From Leptonemataceae bacterium (lineage in GTDB: Bacteria > Spirochaetota > Leptospiria > Leptospirales > Leptonemataceae), in the NCBI GenBank assembly GCA_965227295.1, contig OZ245742.1:4608001-4672000 (forward strand): a stretch of 64,000 nt of DNA, written 5' to 3'. Positions 31,823 through 40,469 of this stretch are shown here, one piece after another. How positions within the stretch are numbered: the stretch's first letter is position 1; every line of letters starts with the position of its first letter. The position numbers and the translations under genes are program-made. The notes below the pieces were generated by a model. It did not search any database, was not told the DNA's origin, and saw only the letters and a program-made list of their open reading frames with translations.

Positions 31823-32476
31823 ATGGCTGCCCCCGCATCACAAAACGAGCACTGGCGCCGCGCCGCGAACCTGGCCCTTGCCCTTGCGATTCTCACCATC
31901 GTCTACAATCTCATCGAGGGCGTCATCGCCGTATACTTCGGCGCATCCGATGAAGCGCTCACTCTCTTCGGCTTCGGCGTGGACAGCTTCATCGAAGTAC
32001 TCTCCGGCATAGCGATCATTCAACTCATCCTGCGCCTCAAAGCCGGCGGCACCGAAGACACCGACCGCTTCGAAGCCGCGGCGTTACGCATAACCGGCAC
32101 GGCCTTTTTCATTCTTGTGGCCGGCCTGGGAATCATGGCCGTTCACAACATCATCACCGCGCACCGGCCGACCCCGTCCATCGTCGGCGTGATCATCGCC
32201 GCAATTTCCATCGCTACGATGGGTGGGCTGATGCGAGCGAAACAACACGCCGGACGGCGCATGGGATCGGCCGCCGTCCTGGCCGACGCGAACTGTACGA
32301 AGACGTGTTTGATCATGTCGGTGATTCTGCTCGTCGCCGCGGGTGCTTACACGTATCTACGGTTGCCGTACGTCGATGCCGTCGGCGCGCTGGGCCTCGC
32401 GTTCTACTCGTTTCGCGAAGGTCGGGAATGTTTCGAGAAGGCCCGCGAACCGGAAAAGCACTGCGGCCAGTGCTGA
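31823..32476 (+). CDS. Short CDF-type cation transporter lacking the cytosolic domain
   Basis: YNLIEG, LFGFGVDSFIEVLS, AVLADA..T..C, VDAVGAL..REG; ends HCGQC. Confidence 0.85.
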   Translation: MAAPASQNEHWRRAANLALALAILTIVYNLIEGVIAVYFGASDEALTLFGFGVDSFIEVLSGIAIIQLILRLKAGGTEDTDRFEAAALRITGTAFFILVAGLGIMAVHNIITAHRPTPSIVGVIIAAISIATMGGLMRAKQHAGRRMGSAAVLADANCTKTCLIMSVILLVAAGAYTYLRLPYVDAVGALGLAFYSFREGRECFEKAREPEKHCGQC

Positions 32477-32619
32477 TTTCTACTGCGGCATGGCGGTCAT
32501 GACGAAACTTTGCGATTGCGCAAGAGATCTTTCCGGATAGCATGACGCGCGCAGTGAGTCTCTTTCACGCCGCCCGCAATCACCCGATACTCACATTGCC
32601 GGCGCAACCGTAGACGGCC

Positions 32620-33417
32620 CTGGATCCGCTCGACAAAAGCATACTGTATCTCTGGAACAGTCGCGTGATCTTCGCGACCAACCGCATGCAGACGGACTTT
32701 CACGCCCATTACGCGGCCACCCTCGCCATCTCCCCGACGCGCAAACAGTTTCACATTGAAACGAAGGACGGCCGCGGCTCCTACCAGGCCGTACTGGTTA
32801 CGCCGAACACGTATCATCGCACCATCTCGCCGGGAGTCGAGATGATCGCCCTGCTCATCGATCCGGAGACCGACGAATACGAGGCCATCGGCGGCATGGC
32901 CGCCCAGGGCGAAGTGCGGCCGCTGCAACTCAGCGCGTTCGAACCGCTGCTCGATCGTCTGCTGGAACTCTACTACGGAACCTTAAGCGCCGCCGCGGCC
33001 TGGGAATTGCAGTTGGATGTCCTGCGCACCGTGCATCCGTTGCCGCAACTGAAAAAGATCACGGACGATCGCATTCTCAGCATCATTCGCAGGATTCGTA
33101 CGGAGCTGCCGGATCGCATCAACATGAAGGAACTCGGCCGCGATCTCGATCTTTCCGAAGATCGCCTCACGCGCATCTTCAAAGAAAACCTGGGCATTCC
33201 GCTGCGTCGGTATCTCTTATGGGTGCGCTTGCTGCATTCGGTCCGCCTGCTCAGCCGCGGACTCAGCGTCACCGAGGTCGCCCACGCCGCCGGCTTCGCG
33301 GATTCGGCACACTTCACGCGCACGTTCAAAGAAAACTTCGGTTTCGTACCTTCGCTCTTCATCGGCCATCTCAAGTCCGTGGAGGTCCGCGATTGCGAAG
33401 CCGACGACGATCGCTAA
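32620..33417 (+). CDS. AraC family transcriptional regulator
   Basis: LSEDRLTRIFKENLGIPLRRYLLW, TEVAHAAGFADSAHFTRTFK; frame open from CTG 32620 (first canonical start GTG 32665). Confidence 0.92.
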   Translation: MDPLDKSILYLWNSRVIFATNRMQTDFHAHYAATLAISPTRKQFHIETKDGRGSYQAVLVTPNTYHRTISPGVEMIALLIDPETDEYEAIGGMAAQGEVRPLQLSAFEPLLDRLLELYYGTLSAAAAWELQLDVLRTVHPLPQLKKITDDRILSIIRRIRTELPDRINMKELGRDLDLSEDRLTRIFKENLGIPLRRYLLWVRLLHSVRLLSRGLSVTEVAHAAGFADSAHFTRTFKENFGFVPSLFIGHLKSVEVRDCEADDDR

Positions 33418-33495
33418 AAAAACGCGCGCATCCCGAAATCATTCAAGCGACGCCCAGGCCCCCGGGGTATGATCCCCGCACTGAGGAGTCGCATC

Positions 33496-34386
33496 ATGCC
33501 CGTAGAAACGCGCGGGGGCTGGTTGTCCCGACTGTCCGCCCGCATATCACGATTTCATTCCAGTTCCGTACACGAACCTGCCGAAGAGGAACGAGCCGGC
33601 TTTCGTCGCGCCCAACGCCTGGCCTATGACTGCGTACTCGCCGTCGAACAGGAACTTCAGCCGGGCTGGACCGAACAGCAAACCGCGCGCCTCATGGACA
33701 CCTATCTTCGCGATCACGGCGTGCATGTATATCTGCACCGCCCCTTCGCCTGGTTCGGTGAGCATGCCCGCTTCGACGGCTACAAACGCTTCACGGACTT
33801 TCATCCAGGCAAACGTCGCCTGCAGGCCGACGAACCGTTCATCCTCGACGTCTCGCCCGCCGTCGACGGATACATCGGCGACATCGGTTACTCGTCGTGT
33901 CTGCAGGCCAATGCGGAGCTCGACGCCGGCATGGAGTACTTACTGGAACTGCGCGAAGCCTTACCGCGCTACTTCGCGTCTTCCATGAGCGCGGCCGAGA
34001 TTTGGATGCAAGTCGACCGCGACGCCGCGGCCCGGGGCTTCGATAACATCCATGCTCGTTATCCGTTCGCAGTCCTGGGTCATCGCGTCTATCGCCTGCG
34101 ATTGTGGAAGTGGCGCCTGCCGCGCATTCCGCTGACGTTCGCAAGCTGGTTCAGTCTCCAGGGGGGCCTCGAGTTCACCACCCACAAGGTGCTGCCCGAA
34201 TTGCTCACACCGGATCACGAAGGTGATAAGACCGGGCTGTGGGCGATCGAACCGCACTTCGGCCGCGGCCGCGTCGGCTTCAAGTTCGAAGAGATCCTGG
34301 TCGTCGAAAAAGAGCGCGCCTACTGGCTCGACGACGACGTTCCCCACGTGCGCAAGTATCAGCGGCGCCGGGAGTTGGCACGATGA
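33496..34386 (+). CDS. M24-family (pita-bread fold) metallohydrolase
   Basis: Metal ligands ILDVSP, GDIG, LGHRV, IEPH, KFEEI; GAGGAG RBS before ATG 33496. Confidence 0.85.
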   Translation: MPVETRGGWLSRLSARISRFHSSSVHEPAEEERAGFRRAQRLAYDCVLAVEQELQPGWTEQQTARLMDTYLRDHGVHVYLHRPFAWFGEHARFDGYKRFTDFHPGKRRLQADEPFILDVSPAVDGYIGDIGYSSCLQANAELDAGMEYLLELREALPRYFASSMSAAEIWMQVDRDAAARGFDNIHARYPFAVLGHRVYRLRLWKWRLPRIPLTFASWFSLQGGLEFTTHKVLPELLTPDHEGDKTGLWAIEPHFGRGRVGFKFEEILVVEKERAYWLDDDVPHVRKYQRRRELAR

Positions 34387-35642
34387 AACTTAAACATGTT
34401 ATTTTAATTGGGGCGGTGCTGCTCCTGGCGCTGATTCTGCTCGGCGGACCACCCGAGGGCGTCCGGATCGGACCGGCGTACACGGCCGGCGCAGTCCCGG
34501 CGTCCATCCAGGCGGTGGAAGCCCCCGGTGATCCCCTGGCAACGGTCCGCAAAGAAATTCCGCAACTGCCCGGCCATGACGACCTCGTCTTCGCATCCGA
34601 CGGCCGCACGGCTTACGCCTCCGGCATGGACGGCTGGATCTGGAAACTCGATCTGCATCACGGCACGGCCGAGGCCTGGGTCCGGCCGCCGGTGAACCCG
34701 GCGGGCATGCGCTTCGCAAACGCGCGGGAAGATGATCTGCTCTTCTGCGCCTCGCGTCTCGGCGGCGAAGAGTACGGCGCCGAAAACCGCGTAGGCCTGT
34801 ACGAAGTAAACCTTCGCAGCGCGAAAGTTACGCCGCTCCTGCTCGATCTGCCGCTCGGTCCGGACGACGACGGGGAACAGGTCTACGCCGCCGCCAGGCA
34901 AAGCGCGGTGTCCCTCGACGAAATGAACGCGAACAACTCGCGGCCGTTCGCGTTGTGCAACGACCTGGCCGTATCCGCCGACGGAAAACGCATCTACGTA
35001 ACCGAACCCTTCGTGCGCCCGCATGCCGCCATGGGCAGCGGCGCCGTACCCGAGGCGATCGGCCTGTATCCGCACGGTAAGCTGTGGCGCTTCGATCGCG
35101 AACAACGCACGGTCGCCCTGGTACTCGACGGTTTCACCTTCGTCGACGGCATCCTGCTCGAAGAACGCAACGGGGAAGAAGAGTCCGTCCTGATTACCGA
35201 GACCACGAAGTTTCGTCTGCTGCGCGCCCATCTCACCGGCCCGCGCGCCGGCACAACCGAGGTGCTCTTCAAAGATTTACCGGGCCTCGCCGACGGCCTG
35301 GACCGCGATGACGACGGGCGCATCTGGATCGGCATCATCAAGAAACGCTCCGGCCTCATGAACTTCGTGCACGCGAATCCCTGGATCAAACCGTTGCTCT
35401 TACGTATACCCCAGGCGATGTTACCGGTTTCAAAGACCACCGGCATCCTCGTGCTGGATCGGCACGCCCGACAACCGCTCTACTTCACAATGCACGACGG
35501 TTCAGCCGTCGCGGATATTTCCGTCGCCGTCCCGTACTCCGGCCGCGCATATCTGCCGACCTTCGATCGACACGCCCGCGGTCTCTACTCTCTCTCCATC
35601 GACGACATCTTAAACGCGCCGAACCAGGAGCGCGAACCGTGA
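34383..35642 (+). CDS. Strictosidine synthase-like / SMP-30 beta-propeller (paralog 1)
   Basis: N-terminal anchor, PGHDDL, NDLAVSADG.RIYVTEP, FVDGI, LPGLADGLDRD; ATGA overlap with the upstream gene. Confidence 0.85.
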   Translation: MKLKHVILIGAVLLLALILLGGPPEGVRIGPAYTAGAVPASIQAVEAPGDPLATVRKEIPQLPGHDDLVFASDGRTAYASGMDGWIWKLDLHHGTAEAWVRPPVNPAGMRFANAREDDLLFCASRLGGEEYGAENRVGLYEVNLRSAKVTPLLLDLPLGPDDDGEQVYAAARQSAVSLDEMNANNSRPFALCNDLAVSADGKRIYVTEPFVRPHAAMGSGAVPEAIGLYPHGKLWRFDREQRTVALVLDGFTFVDGILLEERNGEEESVLITETTKFRLLRAHLTGPRAGTTEVLFKDLPGLADGLDRDDDGRIWIGIIKKRSGLMNFVHANPWIKPLLLRIPQAMLPVSKTTGILVLDRHARQPLYFTMHDGSAVADISVAVPYSGRAYLPTFDRHARGLYSLSIDDILNAPNQEREP

Positions 35643-36910
35643 AACGCATACGATATGTCCTGCTCGCCGTCGTTGTCATCATAGGCATCGTGCTGTGGAG
35701 TTTTTCCGCGACACCCGAACCATACTTCATCGAGCAAATCGGCGCCGGCGTGGACTTTCCCACGAATCATTCCATAGAAAAAGTCCGGGCGAATCTGGAC
35801 ACGGTCGGGCTGCGAACGCTCTACGAAAACGTGCCGGCTCAGGATGAGATCCTGCTGCAGGAAGCGCAGGGCCGCGCCTTCGTGGCCGCCATGGACGGTG
35901 CCATCTGGATCATCGACCTGAATTCGCAAACGGCGCGCCCCTTCGTAACGCCGCCGCTCATGCCGGCCGGCATGGTCGCCCATCCGCGTGATCCCGACCT
36001 CATCTACTTCTGCGCATCCCGAAAAAAACCGGACGACCCGGTACAGGAGAACGGTCCCGGCATCTATCAACTACGCGTTTCCACCAGGCAGGTGACGAAA
36101 ATCGGCGATCGTGTTCCCGCCATCCCGGACGGCGAACCGGCAGCAAAGCAAAGTACATTCGGCACGCTCTATGCCGACGGAACCCAACCGCGGTGGCGCA
36201 TCGACGAGATGCACGCCGGCAACAGTCGGGCCGTGGAGAAGGCGGACGACCTGGCCATCAGCAATGACGGCGAACGCATTTACTTCACCGAACCCTACGA
36301 TCATCCCGGGGCCATCCTGGGCGTAAGCGATCAGTCCCGCAACGAGGCCCTCAGTCTGGGCCGGAACGGCAACATCTGGAAATACGATCTTCGCAACGGA
36401 ACCGCCGCCCTCGTCGCCCACGGCTACTCGTACGTCGACGGCATCCTCCTGGAATATTCCGCGGCGGGAGAACGGGAAACCGCGCTTCTGGTCAACGAGC
36501 TCTCACACTTTCGTTTGCTTCGACTCCACCTGCGCGGGGCGAACGCCGGACAGGATGACGTTGTCATCGAAGGTTTGCCGGGCTTCCCGGACGGCATGGA
36601 CCGCGATCCCGCCGGTCGTATCTGGGTGGCTCTGGTCGTGGAGCGATCCGTGCTCATCAACTGGCTGCATCGTCACCCGTTCTGGAAACGTTTCGTGATG
36701 TACATCCCGCAGCGCTATCAGCCGGTGTCACGCCGCACCGCATTGCTGGTGCTCTCCCCGGACGGAGGGACACCGCTTTACTACGGCGTGCACGACGGCT
36801 CGCGTTTTTCAACGTTGATCGTCGTGATCCCGGGGAGTGAACTCGTCTACCTCGCCGTGTATGCACCGGACCGGCGCGGCATCGAAGTGATGCCCTATCC
36901 GTCCCTTTGA
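35639..36910 (+). CDS. Strictosidine synthase-like / SMP-30 beta-propeller (paralog 2)
   Basis: DDLAISNDGERIYFTEP, YVDGI, LPGFPDGMDRD; GTGA overlap. Confidence 0.85.
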   Translation: MKRIRYVLLAVVVIIGIVLWSFSATPEPYFIEQIGAGVDFPTNHSIEKVRANLDTVGLRTLYENVPAQDEILLQEAQGRAFVAAMDGAIWIIDLNSQTARPFVTPPLMPAGMVAHPRDPDLIYFCASRKKPDDPVQENGPGIYQLRVSTRQVTKIGDRVPAIPDGEPAAKQSTFGTLYADGTQPRWRIDEMHAGNSRAVEKADDLAISNDGERIYFTEPYDHPGAILGVSDQSRNEALSLGRNGNIWKYDLRNGTAALVAHGYSYVDGILLEYSAAGERETALLVNELSHFRLLRLHLRGANAGQDDVVIEGLPGFPDGMDRDPAGRIWVALVVERSVLINWLHRHPFWKRFVMYIPQRYQPVSRRTALLVLSPDGGTPLYYGVHDGSRFSTLIVVIPGSELVYLAVYAPDRRGIEVMPYPSL

Positions 36911-37006
36911 AACGGGAGCATCCGACCGCACCGACGCCGTCCTGCGATCATAAAAAACCCACACGATATCCTTGACAACCCCACCGCGTATCGAGCACCC
37001 TGGGCC

Positions 37007-37492
37007 ATGGCGCGACGCATGTGGAAGTCCTCCTTCACGTTCTACGTGCTGCTGCTCTCGTTCCCCAACGTAATCATCGGACTCTGGCTCGCTGTTTATC
37101 CGCCGTCGCTCTTGCCCTACATCTTTCCCCAGGAAAGCAGTCTTATGTCCGATCATCCGGCGGCGGAAGCATCGGCCGCGGAAACGGACGAAGCGCCGGC
37201 ACCGAGTCTCACCGAACTCGCCGCGGCCGAGCGCAATCTGCTCGCCCGCCTGGCCGGCCTCGGCATGTTTCTCGTGAGCGTGCTGTTGCTCACGGGACGC
37301 CGGGAACCCGGCCGCAACCGCGAGTTCATGTTCTGGATCGCGCTCTATTTTCTGGGCCTGTCGGTGCTCACCATCGCGGCGGCCTACTTCGGCGAGGCGA
37401 GTCTCTGGATTCTGATCGGCTCCGTCTACTGGCTCGTGGCGGCAATCTTCCTCATGATGTTTGCATCGCGCAATTTGTTGGTCAGAGAGTAG
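37007..37492 (+). CDS. Hypothetical membrane protein (about 4 TM)
   Basis: Four hydrophobic segments and an acidic/Ala loop. Confidence 0.7.
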   Translation: MARRMWKSSFTFYVLLLSFPNVIIGLWLAVYPPSLLPYIFPQESSLMSDHPAAEASAAETDEAPAPSLTELAAAERNLLARLAGLGMFLVSVLLLTGRREPGRNREFMFWIALYFLGLSVLTIAAAYFGEASLWILIGSVYWLVAAIFLMMFASRNLLVRE

Positions 37493-37513
37493 CCGGGTCG
37501 TTACCATGGTCCA

Positions 37514-38134
37514 ATGACGATTCGTCTCGTCGAAGACATCAAAGCCATCTTTCGGAACGACCCGGCGGCGAAGGGCCTGGAATTCCTCGTATATCCATCC
37601 CTCCACGCCATCGTCATGCACCGGCTCATCTGCCGGCCGCTCTATTGCCTGCGCCTGAGATTTCTGGCGCGGCTGTTCTCCCAGATCTCGCGCTGGCTCA
37701 CGGGCATGGAAATCCATCCCGGCGCGAAGATCGAAGGCGGATTCTTCTGTGATCACGGCATGGCCGTGGTCATCGGCGCGACGGCCGAGATCGGCAAAAA
37801 CTGCGTCATGTTCCACGGTGTCACCCTGGGCGGTACCGGCAAACACGAGGACCAGCGCCATCCCTGCATCGGCGACAACGTTTTCATCGGCACCCACGCC
37901 ACGTTGCTCGGCCCCATCAAGGTCGGCCACCATGCGAAGATCGGCGCGGAGACGGTGGTCATCAATCGCGACATCCCGCCGCACTGCACGGTGGTCGGCG
38001 CGCCGGGCATGATCGTCCGCCGCGACGGTAAACGCGTCGATCCGCCGCAGGAATTACCGGTGAGTGACTATCGCGTGAGCGAGAAGGAACTTGAGGAGCG
38101 CGAAGAAGCGCGGGCTGCAGCTCAGATGAATTGA
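37514..38134 (+). CDS. cysE: Serine O-acetyltransferase
   Basis: DPAA, TGMEIHPGAKI, DHGMAVVIG, GVTLGGTG..RHP, TVVGAPG. Confidence 0.93.
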   Translation: MTIRLVEDIKAIFRNDPAAKGLEFLVYPSLHAIVMHRLICRPLYCLRLRFLARLFSQISRWLTGMEIHPGAKIEGGFFCDHGMAVVIGATAEIGKNCVMFHGVTLGGTGKHEDQRHPCIGDNVFIGTHATLLGPIKVGHHAKIGAETVVINRDIPPHCTVVGAPGMIVRRDGKRVDPPQELPVSDYRVSEKELEEREEARAAAQMN

Positions 38135-38159
38135 TCGTTGGAAGTGCAGGACGTAACAT
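38131..38159 (+). promoter_or_regulatory. Sigma70 promoter of the small protein / nucleotidyltransferase pair, probably leaderless
   Basis: TTGATC-17 nt-TAACAT; ATG 38165 lies 6 nt downstream. Confidence 0.5.
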
Positions 38160-38164
38160 CCGGT

Positions 38165-38389
38165 ATGAAAGCGCAGGAACAAGACGCCGCGGAATGGGCT
38201 CGCCACATTCGAGCGAATGTGGATCGGATCTGTGCGAAGCATCCGGACGTTGACCCGGAATATGTACGACTTACGTTGATCATGCTGGAACTTACGCCGG
38301 AAGAGAGATTGGAAAGGAGTTTACGCCGTGGTCGAATCGCTCTTTTCAGAAAAGGAACAACAATTCCTGGCGATACTGCTCAAGAATGA
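38165..38389 (+). CDS. Small helical protein, partner of the downstream nucleotidyltransferase
   Basis: 74 aa with 'LELTPEERL' motif; overlaps the next gene. Confidence 0.65.
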   Translation: MKAQEQDAAEWARHIRANVDRICAKHPDVDPEYVRLTLIMLELTPEERLERSLRRGRIALFRKGTTIPGDTAQE

Positions 38390-38792
38390 GGTCCGTTTCA
38401 TGGTCGTCGGACTTACCGCCGCCGCGCTACAGGGTGCTCCGATTGTCACCGAGGATGTCGATCTCTGGTTCGAACGTCCGGGCAATCCAGCCTTTCTCCG
38501 GGCGTGCGACGAGGCTGGTGTCACATATATACCGCCCGAGGGGCATCACCCTCCCATGTTCTCAGGACCCGGCGCCGTACTTCTCGATATTGTAACGCAT
38601 ATGCATGGGCTCGGGTCGTTCAGCGAAGAGCTGGAAAACGTAACGCGAATCCAAACCGGATCAATTGATCTGCCGGTCCTTTCATTGGAACGAATCATTG
38701 CGAGCAAAGAATCACTTGGAAGACAACGTGATCATCTTGTATTGCCCGCATTACGAGCTACTCTTGCGGCATTGAGAGGCCAGGAAGAATAA
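38328..38792 (+). CDS. Minimal Pol-beta-type nucleotidyltransferase
   Basis: VVGLTAAALQGAPIVTEDVDL (G..A..G...T.DxD), VLSLERIIASK..GRQRD. Confidence 0.8.
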   Translation: MVESLFSEKEQQFLAILLKNEVRFMVVGLTAAALQGAPIVTEDVDLWFERPGNPAFLRACDEAGVTYIPPEGHHPPMFSGPGAVLLDIVTHMHGLGSFSEELENVTRIQTGSIDLPVLSLERIIASKESLGRQRDHLVLPALRATLAALRGQEE

Positions 38793-38840
38793 GGCCTCGC
38801 CTCCCTGTCTCCTCACGTAAAAAAAATCCAGCCACATCCA

Positions 38841-39464
38841 TCACGTCATCATCATAATCTGCTGAAACGACACCACGCCGCCTTCTTCGGAGAAAGCGTG
38901 CAGATAATAATAGCGCGGGTCCAGGTGATACCCGGCCGTCGGTAACTCCGCCACGAAGCCCGGCCCGTCTTCCGGCTCACCCCAGGTCGATTGCACGTAA
39001 ACGGGATAGCCCCCGCCGATGCGCAGGCGCCCCATGGCGTCTTCGATTTCCAGATCATTGCAAAGATCGGAGAACACGCTGCCCCAGCTTTCTTCGTACT
39101 CCGACGGCTCGCCGATCTCGATCTCGTACTCTTCGAACCTCAGGTAGCCGCCCAACTCCGCGCGGATCTTCGCAAGGTCCGGCGGGTCCTGGAACGGATC
39201 GATCTGCTGCCAGTCTTTGATCTCTATAATCAGGCCTTCTTTCGTCTGCCACGACAGAAAGTCCGGCTCCACGTCGTCGTAGTGCAGAAAGACCGCGGGG
39301 CCGGCATCGCCCTCACCGGCCCGGCTCAGGTCGAACGCGGCCACCGGGAGAATGCGCGCGGCCAGGTCCTCGTTCCAGTCGGCAAAAATTCGACGCGGGT
39401 CCGGGAAGAGTTCGCAATCCGTGGGCTCCGCGGAGGGCACGGCAAATTGCACCCGACGTTTCAT
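38841..39464 (-). CDS. Acidic hypothetical protein with DUF1963/YwqG-like C-terminus
   Basis: 'RIGGGYPVYVQ...FVAEL' pattern; start uncertain (ATG 39464 or 39542). Confidence 0.55.
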   Translation of the reverse strand: MKRRVQFAVPSAEPTDCELFPDPRRIFADWNEDLAARILPVAAFDLSRAGEGDAGPAVFLHYDDVEPDFLSWQTKEGLIIEIKDWQQIDPFQDPPDLAKIRAELGGYLRFEEYEIEIGEPSEYEESWGSVFSDLCNDLEIEDAMGRLRIGGGYPVYVQSTWGEPEDGPGFVAELPTAGYHLDPRYYYLHAFSEEGGVVSFQQIMMMT

Positions 39465-39593
39465 GACATGTGTATGATGAAACGCCCCCCGGACGTCAAG
39501 GCGGCTCTTTCCGAACACCGCGGAAACCTGCAAATCATGCACATTTATCTATTTCTACGATTCTTCCCGCGTCCAATCCTGCCGGAGCAGTTC

Positions 39594-39622
39594 TTGACGG
39601 ATGGCCCCGGGAGCGATATTCT
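39594..39622 (+). promoter_or_regulatory. Sigma70 promoter, probable leaderless start
   Basis: TTGACG-17 nt-TATTCT; ATG 39629 lies 7 nt downstream with no SD. Confidence 0.7.
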
Positions 39623-39628
39623 GAATCC

Positions 39629-40447
39629 ATGCTGGAATTCGAGCGCGGGGGCGCGGAAAATCCCACCGGGAATCTGCTGTGCTACTGCACGGTGGAAGGC
39701 GTGAACCCCGTCCAGCCCGGCGGCGACATCATCGTCTGCAACGTGGTGGTGAGTTACGTCTCGGCGCGCTCGAATCATTTCCCCGTCGTCATCTTTCCGC
39801 CCGCGGCCCTGCCGACCCGCGCGGACCTGGACATCCTCATCGAACTCGGCGACAACTACGATCTCGTCCGCATGGAGGACTTCCTCGTACCGCCCGGCGT
39901 CGACGAGGACGAGTACATCCGCGAACGCCTGGAAAGCTTCAACCGCTACGTCATGGAGTACGTCGAACTCTGCCGGGATCGTATCCAGCGGGACCTGCGG
40001 GCCCGGGCACTGGAATTCAACATCGATCCCGACGCCGAGCCCACGTTCGAGTTCCCCGCGGAGTCCCGCGGCTCCGAAGCCGTCGACGAAGGCGGCGAAC
40101 GTCGCCGGAGTTCCCGGGAGCGCCGTGCCGCCACGAAAAACGAAGACCCGCTCACGGACGAAGCCTCGGCCATCGACGGCCTGGAAGACCTCGTCGAAAA
40201 CCTCAGCGCCAGCCCGGACGACGAACAAAAGCGCATCGAAATGCGCCGGCTCATTCGGTTCATGAAGAACCACTACCCGCGCTACGACGTGCACAACTTC
40301 GAGCGCATCATGAAGAACCAGGCCGAGCGCAGCGACGAACTGCCCCGCCTCTACGTGCAGAAGTTTCGCGCTATTTACGATGAGGCCTACGAGCAGGCCG
40401 CGCAGATCCAGCACCAGATCCAGCGCCTGGAATCGCCGCAGTCGTAA
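39629..40447 (+). CDS. Hypothetical protein with C-terminal UVR-like motif
   Basis: Genome-typical codon usage; ends AIYDEAYEQAAQIQHQIQRLE (UvrB/C-type pattern). Confidence 0.7.
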   Translation: MLEFERGGAENPTGNLLCYCTVEGVNPVQPGGDIIVCNVVVSYVSARSNHFPVVIFPPAALPTRADLDILIELGDNYDLVRMEDFLVPPGVDEDEYIRERLESFNRYVMEYVELCRDRIQRDLRARALEFNIDPDAEPTFEFPAESRGSEAVDEGGERRRSSRERRAATKNEDPLTDEASAIDGLEDLVENLSASPDDEQKRIEMRRLIRFMKNHYPRYDVHNFERIMKNQAERSDELPRLYVQKFRAIYDEAYEQAAQIQHQIQRLESPQS

Positions 40448-40469
40448 CCAAGCGACGATCACCTGACCT

